Origin: Terriglobia bacterium
Lineage (GTDB): Bacteria > Acidobacteriota > Terriglobia > JAJPHL01 > JAPKYU01
DNA length: 13,438 bases
Direction of reading: 5' to 3'
Assembly (NCBI GenBank): GCA_965223005.1
Contig: CBDCVK010000007.1
Span: forward strand, 1 to 13,438
Shown here one piece after another: positions 6,720-13,438 of the stretch; the first letter of the stretch is position 1, and each line of letters starts with the position of its first letter. The notes beneath the pieces were generated by a model. It had not been told where the DNA came from. It did no database searches and saw nothing but the letters and a program-made list of their open reading frames with translations. A program made the position numbers and the translations under genes.

Positions 6720-8753
6720 ATGGCTCAAGCAAGACCCGCGGTGAAGTCGGAAAGCGACCACGGCATAATCCCCAACAAGATGGTGATTGAGCTGTATCGC
6801 AAGATGATCACCGTCTTCTACATCGAGGAGCGGATGAAGATCTTCACGCGGCAGGGCAAGTGCACTTTCCTGGCCTCCACTCGGGGTCACGAGAAGCTGC
6901 AAGTGGGCATCGTCATGTTGATGCGGCCGCAGCACGACTGGTTCTTCTCCTACTACCGCGAGAAGGCGATCGCGGTGGCGCTGGGGATGCCCATCAAGGA
7001 CATCTTCCTTTGCATGCTGTCGCGGGCGGGCGATCCGAATTCCGGCGCCCGCAATATGCCCGAACATTTCTCCTCGCGTGAATTAAATCTGGTGTCGATG
7101 ACCGCCTGCACAGGGACGCAATACTTGAACGCCGTGGGAGCCGCGAAGGCCCTGCGCCACCAGGGCTCCGACGCCGTTGTCTACGTCTCTTCGGGCGAGG
7201 GCACGACCAGCGAAGGAGAATTCTTTGAGGCGTTGAATTGGGCGGCGCGCGAGAAGCTGCCGGTGCTGTTTGTCATCCAGAACAACGGCTACGCCATCAG
7301 CGTCTCCTCAGCCACCCAGCACGTGGCTGAAATGCACCGAATTGCTCGCGGCTTTGGCATGCCTACCTATGACCTGGACGGCACCTGGTACGAGCCAATG
7401 TATCAGACCCTGCCGCCTGTGCTGGAGCGCATCCGCAAGGGCCAGGGACCGGCTCTGATCGAGGGCGAGGTGATTCGCATCGACCCGCATTCCTCCTCCG
7501 ATGACCAAAAGAAGTACCGCTCCGCGGATGAGATAAGCGAAGCAGTCGAGCGCGATCCGATCGTGCAGACGGAGAGATACCTGGTCAAGCGCAAGATTTT
7601 TACCCAGCAGCAACTGCAGGAAATCCGCTCCGAAATCCAGTCGGAAGTGGACCAGGCTGCTGAAGAAGCCGACCGGGCGCCGGAACCTGACCCGGCCATC
7701 GCGACCCTCCACATCTACGATACACCGGGCCCGTTTTTCGAGGAGAAGCCGCCGCGCTACCTCTCCGACCAGTCGGTGAGCATGATCGATGCCATCAACC
7801 ACGCGCTGCACGAAGAAACCGAGCGCAACCCGAAGATCGTCATGTGGGGCGAGGACATCGCGGACCCCAAAGGCGGCGTCTTCGGCGTGACCAAAGGCCT
7901 GTCCACGAAGTATCCGGATCGAGTCCAGAACTCGGCGCTGGCCGAGGCCAGCATCTGTGGCATCGCCGCCGGGTCTGCGATCGCGGGCCACAAGCCCATC
8001 GTCGAAATTCAGTTTGCCGACTATATCTGGCCCGGCTTCCTGCAACTGCGCGACGAAATTCCCACCGTCCGCTGGCGCAGCGATAATGTGTGGACCTGTC
8101 CGGTGGTCGTGCGGGTGGCCTGCGGCGGCTACATCAAGGGTGGGCCATGGCACTCCACCAATATCGAGGCCATTTTCGCCCATACCCCGGGGTGGTACGT
8201 CGTGTATCCCAGCTGCGCTGAGGACGCCAAGGGCCTGCTGAAAACAGCCGCCCGCTCGAACGATCCGGTGCTGTTCCTCGAGCACAAAGGACTCTACCGG
8301 CGCATGCAGGCCCGTACGCCGGAGCCCGACGCCGACTACCTGATCCCCTTCGGCAAGGCGCGCATTCGACGTCCAGGCAGTGACCTGACCGTCGTCACCT
8401 GGGGGAGCACCGTCTACCTGGCACTGGAAGTGGCTGAACTTGTGGCCGCGCAAGGCAAGTCGATCGAAGTTATTGACCTGCGAACCATCATTCCCTGGGA
8501 CCAGGAAGCAGTTTACGCCAGCGTGCGGAAAACCAACCGCTTGCTGGTGGCGCACGAGGACTCCCTCACCATGGGTTTCGGAGCGGAGGTGGCAGCGCGG
8601 GTGGCCGAGAACTGTTTCCACAGTTTGGACGCGCCGGTGATGCGGGTGGCGGCCGAGGATTCTTTCGTGCCCTCGGCAGCCACGCTGGAAGCTGAGGTGT
8701 TGCCCTCGGCAGCTGACGTCCAGGCCGCCGTTGAAAAACTGCTGGCGCATTGA
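6720..8753 (+). CDS. 2-oxoacid (probably branched-chain) dehydrogenase E1, fused alpha/beta subunits
   Basis: TPP-binding GEG-x26-NN (SGEGTTSEGEFFEALN...QNNGYAIS) and HSSSDDQ..YR in the alpha part; WGEDI..GGVFGVT, EIQFADY and EVIDLRTI in the beta part. RBS GGAGG at 6711-6715. Confidence 0.93.
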   Translation: MAQARPAVKSESDHGIIPNKMVIELYRKMITVFYIEERMKIFTRQGKCTFLASTRGHEKLQVGIVMLMRPQHDWFFSYYREKAIAVALGMPIKDIFLCMLSRAGDPNSGARNMPEHFSSRELNLVSMTACTGTQYLNAVGAAKALRHQGSDAVVYVSSGEGTTSEGEFFEALNWAAREKLPVLFVIQNNGYAISVSSATQHVAEMHRIARGFGMPTYDLDGTWYEPMYQTLPPVLERIRKGQGPALIEGEVIRIDPHSSSDDQKKYRSADEISEAVERDPIVQTERYLVKRKIFTQQQLQEIRSEIQSEVDQAAEEADRAPEPDPAIATLHIYDTPGPFFEEKPPRYLSDQSVSMIDAINHALHEETERNPKIVMWGEDIADPKGGVFGVTKGLSTKYPDRVQNSALAEASICGIAAGSAIAGHKPIVEIQFADYIWPGFLQLRDEIPTVRWRSDNVWTCPVVVRVACGGYIKGGPWHSTNIEAIFAHTPGWYVVYPSCAEDAKGLLKTAARSNDPVLFLEHKGLYRRMQARTPEPDADYLIPFGKARIRRPGSDLTVVTWGSTVYLALEVAELVAAQGKSIEVIDLRTIIPWDQEAVYASVRKTNRLLVAHEDSLTMGFGAEVAARVAENCFHSLDAPVMRVAAEDSFVPSAATLEAEVLPSAADVQAAVEKLLAH

Positions 8754-9427
8754 GCGCGCCTGCGTCGGATGGAAGACACTCCGATAAGAGGTCGGAATTC
8801 CCGGTGGCACAAAATTCCCTTGGGCTAAGCCGCGAAGAATACTCTCTGTTGCGGAGCCTGAAGACGCCATCGCGCGTTCAGGAGTTTCTGGAGTTCCAGG
8901 TCCATTACAACAAGGAGAGCGCCGGGCCCACCTGCCGCTCTCCGCGCCGCGTGCTGCGCGACCGCTTGGCGCAGTGCTTCGAAGGAGCCCTGTTTGCCGC
9001 CGGTGCCCTGCGCGTCCTTGGCTTTCCGCCGCTGCTGCTGGACCTGGAAGCGGTGCGAGACGACGACCACGTCCTGGCGCTTTTCCGGCACCGCGGTTAC
9101 TGGGGCGCGGTGGGCAAGTCCAATTACGCCGGGCTGCGGTTCCGCGAGCCGGTTTATCGCAGCCTGCGCGAACTGGCGGTCTCCTACTTCGAGCACTACT
9201 ACAACCTTAAGGGAGAGAAAACGCTCCGCACCTTTTCCACCCGGCCCGTGAATCTGGCGCGCTTTGATCGCATCCAGTGGATGACCACCGAGCAGGATCT
9301 GTGGGTGATCGGCGACCACCTGGGCGAGGTCTCCCACACCCCGTTGCTGTCGCCGGCCATGATTCCAGGGCTGTCCCGCCTGGACCGCCGTTCGTTTCGA
9401 GCCGGCCTGACGGGCACTGTCAAGTAA
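8750..9427 (+). CDS. Conserved hypothetical protein, transglutaminase-like (Cys/His) appearance
   Basis: CRSPRRVL..AQCFEGALFAA...DDDHVLALF...WGAVGKSNYAGLRFREPVYRSLREL pattern. The TTG start overlaps the E1 stop; GTG 8804 is an alternative start. Confidence 0.7.
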   Translation: MSAPASDGRHSDKRSEFPVAQNSLGLSREEYSLLRSLKTPSRVQEFLEFQVHYNKESAGPTCRSPRRVLRDRLAQCFEGALFAAGALRVLGFPPLLLDLEAVRDDDHVLALFRHRGYWGAVGKSNYAGLRFREPVYRSLRELAVSYFEHYYNLKGEKTLRTFSTRPVNLARFDRIQWMTTEQDLWVIGDHLGEVSHTPLLSPAMIPGLSRLDRRSFRAGLTGTVK

Positions 9428-9587
9428 TCCAGATGGGGGGCCATGGTCACCCAGCAGCGGCAATCGGCGCAATTGGCTTAGCACGACGGTTTTGCTTAAC
9501 TACTTTCCCGCCGTGAAAGCACAGGCGGTCTCTCCGAGCCATGACCGTCGGAGAGCGGTTTCCAGAGCCAGAATTCAGGAGGGAGTT

Positions 9588-10010
9588 ATGATTCGACAAG
9601 CGCCGAAACTGACGCACAAGGGGGCTCGGGCCATCGTCGAGGGAGCGGAAGCCAAAGCCCGCCAAATCGGAGTCCCACAGTGCATCGCCGTGGCGGATGA
9701 AGGCGGTCACCTGCTGGCCTTTTCCCGCATGGACGGCGGCAAGATTTCCTCGGTGCAGGTAGCCCTTACCAAAGCCGTCTCGGCAGCGACGCGACGCTCG
9801 CCCACCGGGCCCATGCCCAGCGCCCAGGACGCCAGCGTGCTGCTGTCCATCGGCCTGCCCCTGGCTACGGGTGGCAGCATCACCCCGATCCGCGGTGGGC
9901 TGCCCATTGTGGTGGATGGCCAGGTGGTGGGCGGCATCGGCGTCAGCAGCGGCACCGAGGACCAGGACGTGGAGTGCGCGGAGGCCGGCCTCGCCGCCCT
10001 AAAGGGCTGA
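9588..10010 (+). CDS. GlcG/HbpS-family heme-binding protein
   Basis: IAVADEGGHLLAFSRMDG, ALTKA and GGLPIVVDGQVVGGIGVSSG..DQD motifs. RBS AGGAGG precedes ATG 9588. Confidence 0.9.
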   Translation: MIRQAPKLTHKGARAIVEGAEAKARQIGVPQCIAVADEGGHLLAFSRMDGGKISSVQVALTKAVSAATRRSPTGPMPSAQDASVLLSIGLPLATGGSITPIRGGLPIVVDGQVVGGIGVSSGTEDQDVECAEAGLAALKG

Positions 10011-10095
10011 CGCGCCACCAGCCCCGCCAGGCGATCAGCGCGGGTTGCGGAACTTTCTCAGGTCACGGAATCCCCGCGACCGCGCAGTGTGAGGT

Positions 10096-12090
10096 TTACC
10101 GCTGGGGTGCTAGCCAAGCCACCTGGTACGGTTCGAGCCTGCAGAGAAGGAAGCCCTTCTCCGGCTGAGTACTCTCCCCACTGATAAGATCCTTCCAGGC
10201 TAGACTCTTGCGGGGCAGGTCCGACTCGGGAATCGCCACCTCCTCGACTCGGCCGGTGACGTTGGTCAAGGCAAGAACCAGGGAGCTTCGATCCGGCGAC
10301 TGGCGGACCACGGCAAAGACGGATTCACTGGGCATCAGAACCTGCTGCGGCCCGTTTGGATGAAAGGCCGGGCAGCCCACCCTCTGTTCCGCCAGTTCAC
10401 CAAAGCGCAACATGATCTTGTAAGGAAGCGAAGTTGAATCGCTCATGCTGGCAAAAAGACCCTCCTCATCCATTGGGCGCCGGTTGATGCTTCTGGGCTC
10501 GTCTAAATCGGAGGGTTTCACCGGCAAGATATCCCGCGAGGAGGACATCGCAATGTAGATGGCCGGCACGCCTCTTAGAACCAACGAAATGGCCCGAGAG
10601 GCAATCACCCGACTGACCTGCAGGTCGTCGTCCTCGCCGGCATCATACCGGTTGAGCGCGTCAAACCAGGGGATGTTGAGTTCGTAGGGGCTGGGAGAAC
10701 CATCGGAGGAAGTTCGATACGAGACCAACCCCCCGTGCTCGGTGGTTTTGCTCACGAGGGCGTCAATCTCCTCGAAGCTCAGGATTCCTCTTGCGCCGAG
10801 CAGTCCGATCCCATCGTGCGAGTCCAGGAAGTTGAAGAACGTGGTCTGTTCTGACAGCGGGGTGAGGTCAGCAGCCCACCGTGACAACTTCCGGCAGTTG
10901 CCGGTGTGAAACGTGTGCAGCACCAGCGGGGGAAGCGCAAAGTTGTAAACCATGTGTGCTTCGTCATAGCCGTTTCCGAAGTAGCTGACGTTGTCCGGAT
11001 GTGGAACGTTGGTTTCCGTAAGGATGGCCGCCTTGGGCGCAACCACATCCAGCACCGCGCGAAACAGCTTGATCACGGCATGAGTTCCGGCCAGGTGGGC
11101 GCAACTTGTGCCCAGTTCGACCCAAAGATAGGTGGCCGCGTCCATGCGGATGATATTGGAGCCCCGGCGCACATAAGAGAGAAGGACCTCCAGGATGCGC
11201 AGGAACACCTGTTCGTTTCTGTAATTCAGGTCAATCTGGTCGCGACTGAAGGTGGTCCAGACATGTTTCAGGCCGTTCATGGTTTGAAACGGGCTGAGCA
11301 GTTCGGTTGTCCTTGGCCGCAGAATGAGCTGGAGGTGGTCCTCGCTGATCTCATCCTTCGTGTTGAAACAAGTGAAAAAGTCCTGGTACTCCGGGTTGCC
11401 GTTAAGAAACTGCTGGAACCACTCGCTCTTCGAGGAAACGTGATTGATTACTCCGTCGAACATCAGGCGGAAGCGAAGGCTCAACCGCTCGATATCGTCC
11501 CAGGTGCCCAGGCTGGGATCGACCTCCCGGTAGTTAACGACCGAAAAGCCCCGGTCCGAGCTGTAGGGGAAGAACGGCAGAAGATGAACCGTGTTCACCA
11601 TCCCGCGGAGGAACAGGAGCAGCATGTCGTGCAGAATCTGAAGTGGGTTCCGGGCCGTTCCCCGCAAGAACCCACCGTAGGTGATCACCACCAAGTCTCG
11701 CTCCGTGAAGCGGTTCACAGGATTGAACTGCCGGTCCCCCTCAATCATTTGCGAGGTGCGGTGCGCATAGTGAACCCGCATCACCCGCTCCACTTCCGGA
11801 AAACAGGCATCCGCGCGCTCTTTGCCGTAGAGAATCGTCAACTGTTCTAGGATCTTCTGCTTCTGCTCGCCGGTCATTTGGAGCAGCGGCCGCTGGTAGT
11901 CAGGCTCTTTCAGATGTAGACGCAACTCAGGCTGCGGGAAGATTTGGCGGCCCCAAGGGTCAAAGCCTGTCACGGGCATAGCGGTTTCGCTCTCGGCCAA
12001 CAAAGCCGCGACGCCCGCGGTTCGGGCCGAGCAAAGACTCTCCTGCTCCGAACACGTAGGTCGCCCACTGCTTCTTGGCAAGTCTGCCAT
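10096..12090 (-). CDS. GH13_18 sugar phosphorylase (glucosylglycerate phosphorylase/YcjM-like); start uncertain (12090 or 11979)
   Basis: HLLPFFPYSSDRGF, VINH, WTTFS.DQIDLNY, RMDA (nucleophile), TETN (acid/base), SHDGIG, PYELN and RSINR motifs. Confidence 0.85.
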   Translation of the reverse strand: MADLPRSSGRPTCSEQESLCSARTAGVAALLAESETAMPVTGFDPWGRQIFPQPELRLHLKEPDYQRPLLQMTGEQKQKILEQLTILYGKERADACFPEVERVMRVHYAHRTSQMIEGDRQFNPVNRFTERDLVVITYGGFLRGTARNPLQILHDMLLLFLRGMVNTVHLLPFFPYSSDRGFSVVNYREVDPSLGTWDDIERLSLRFRLMFDGVINHVSSKSEWFQQFLNGNPEYQDFFTCFNTKDEISEDHLQLILRPRTTELLSPFQTMNGLKHVWTTFSRDQIDLNYRNEQVFLRILEVLLSYVRRGSNIIRMDAATYLWVELGTSCAHLAGTHAVIKLFRAVLDVVAPKAAILTETNVPHPDNVSYFGNGYDEAHMVYNFALPPLVLHTFHTGNCRKLSRWAADLTPLSEQTTFFNFLDSHDGIGLLGARGILSFEEIDALVSKTTEHGGLVSYRTSSDGSPSPYELNIPWFDALNRYDAGEDDDLQVSRVIASRAISLVLRGVPAIYIAMSSSRDILPVKPSDLDEPRSINRRPMDEEGLFASMSDSTSLPYKIMLRFGELAEQRVGCPAFHPNGPQQVLMPSESVFAVVRQSPDRSSLVLALTNVTGRVEEVAIPESDLPRKSLAWKDLISGESTQPEKGFLLCRLEPYQVAWLAPQR

Positions 12091-12257
12091 TGTCCTGTGG
12101 AAACATCAAGTTGGTGCCAGCACACAACACCCAGCAAACGACACGATGTGATCGCCGCTATCAAAGGCCTAGTGCCGCATGGGAATTTCTTTACACTCCG
12201 AGCTGCACTTTGGAAACCCACGACTGTCCCCTGAACTTCACTAGGTCACCCCGCGCG

Positions 12258-12287
12258 TTGACTTACCTACACAGGGCCGCGTAGCAT
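12258..12287 (+). promoter_or_regulatory. Candidate sigma70 promoter for the kinase gene
   Basis: TTGACT (12258-12263), 18-bp spacer, TAGCAT (12282-12287), then GAGGGAG RBS before ATG 12313. Confidence 0.55.
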
Positions 12288-12312
12288 GATTTGAAGAGGG
12301 AGCTCGTTCCTG

Positions 12313-12855
12313 ATGGTTGGCCAGACGATTTCGCACTACGACATCGTGGAGAAGCTCGGGGCCGGCGGCATGGGCGTCGTCTACAAGGCTGAGGACACCC
12401 GGCTGCGCCGCCTGGTCGCCCTCAAGTTCCTTCCCGAGGAGCTGTCGCGCGACCAGCAGGCTTTGGAGCGATTCCGCCGCGAGGCCCGCGCCGCCTCAGC
12501 CCTGAATCACCCCAACATCTGCACCATCCATGACATTGACGAACACCAGGGACAGCAGTTCCTGGTCATGGAACTGATGGAGGGCCAGACCCTGCGGCAA
12601 CACATCGCTCGAAAGCCGCTGCCCATCGAGCAGGTGCTGGAGCTGGGCATACAGCTCGCCGATGCACTGGATGCCGCCCACGCCAAAGGCATCGTGCACC
12701 GGGACATCAAGCCGGCCAACATCTTCCTCAATCGGCGGGGCAATGCCAAGCTGCTGGATTTTGGCCTAGCTAAGCTGGCGCCGGAGCGCAAAGCGGCCCC
12801 GGAGCATGGCGCGGGAATAATGCACAAAAAGACCGGGGTCCGGAATCTTCGTTAG
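12313..12855 (+). pseudogene. Hanks-type Ser/Thr kinase, truncated after DFG; kinase-derived sequence ends near 12804
   Basis: [22 protein letters not shown] and DFGLAK are present. GTxxYMSPE and subdomains VIII-XI are missing. The last 16 codons are the antisense of the inverted TPR block. Confidence 0.9.
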
Positions 12856-13365
12856 TTCTTCCAGGATGTTCCGGGCTTCCGGGTGCTTCCCCGCCAGAGC
12901 ATAGACGTATCCGAGCGTCCCCAGGGGGTAAGGGTTGCGGCCGGATGATGCGATCATCTTTTGACACTCGGCAATGGCCTCTTCATACTTTCCAAGATGC
13001 GCATAGACCATGGCGAGGAATTGCCGCGCCCGGGAAAAGCCCGGGTCGAGTTCGAGTGTTTTCTGCAATTGTTCCACCGCCTCCTCATGCCTGCGTGCAA
13101 AAAACACCCATATCCCCAGCACGTAATTGAAGGCGGGAGACAGCGCGTCCAGTTCCACCACTCGTCTCTGCTCGGCCACAGCTCCCTCGACCTGGCCTTT
13201 AAGGAGCAAGCAGACGCTGTATGCCGAGCGAGCCAGTGAAAGGTCCGGATTCAGCTCCAGGGCGCGAAGGCAGTCGCTTTCACCGCCCACCCAATCCCAA
13301 TCGCCAAAAATGCGTGTGACGGCAAGGGCCGAAATCGCCTCGGGGAGGCTGTCATCTATCGCCAG
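12805..13365 (-). pseudogene. Inverted internal fragment of a TPR domain of the kinase-TPR type
   Basis: The - strand reads LAIDDSLPEAISALA...DWDW..ESDCLRALELNP...LQKTLELDP...LGYVYALAGK...HYSRAM. It has no start or RBS of its own, and TPR-like sequence stops at both edges. Confidence 0.85.
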
Positions 13366-13438
13366 GTATCCGCTGCCTTGTCCGAGTCTGACCAGGCCTT
13401 TGAACTTCTAAACAAGACCTGCGACGGACGTCTCGCTC
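13366..13438 (+). pseudogene. Continuation of the TPR domain on the + strand (3'-partial)
   Basis: GTA TCC GCT GCC TTG... = VSAALSESDQAFELLNKTCDGRLA. This matches the VYAxLGExDxAFxxLxKA repeat expected right after ...YSRAM, and it is in the same frame as the kinase. Confidence 0.75.

Noticed and set aside
7308-8870. 520-aa - strand ORF
   Set aside because: Antisense shadow of the E1 gene.
9492-9587. N-terminal extension of the GlcG-like protein
   Set aside because: Family similarity and a strong RBS both point to ATG 9588.
10906-11850. 314-aa + strand ORF
   Set aside because: Antisense shadow of the GH13_18 gene.
12104-12120. Sigma54 promoter (TGGCAC-CAAC-TTGA on the - strand)
   Set aside because: The spacing is one base short and the -12 GC is missing. 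The similar site near 9478-9497 also has the wrong spacing.
12766-13290. Independent convergent TPR gene as listed in the ORF track
   Set aside because: The GTG start is mid-repeat, TPR-like sequence extends to 13365, and the tail after 12805 is antisense kinase sequence. It is better explained as an inverted fragment.

Overview
GC-rich bacterial window; gene content and protein style suggest Acidobacteriota (inference, not checked). 1-3625 is the right end of an integrated prophage-like element. All its genes are on the + strand: a composite replication-type ORF carrying four 19-bp dyad repeats, a loader-like protein, a PD-(D/E)xK nuclease, a broken HTH, an excisionase-like HTH and a tyrosine integrase. 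The element abuts the 3' end of tRNA-Leu(TAG) (3626-3712, - strand). Host genes follow: rho, a stand-alone RfaE/HldE kinase domain, a fused 2-oxoacid dehydrogenase E1 alpha/beta, a transglutaminase-like hypothetical, a GlcG/HbpS protein and a GH13_18 phosphorylase. The window ends in a rearranged Ser/Thr kinase-TPR gene: a 561-bp TPR block (about 12805-13365) is inverted, and flipping it back gives one continuous reading frame that still lacks the kinase C-lobe. The two strongest leads are this inversion and the repeat array at 172-341.
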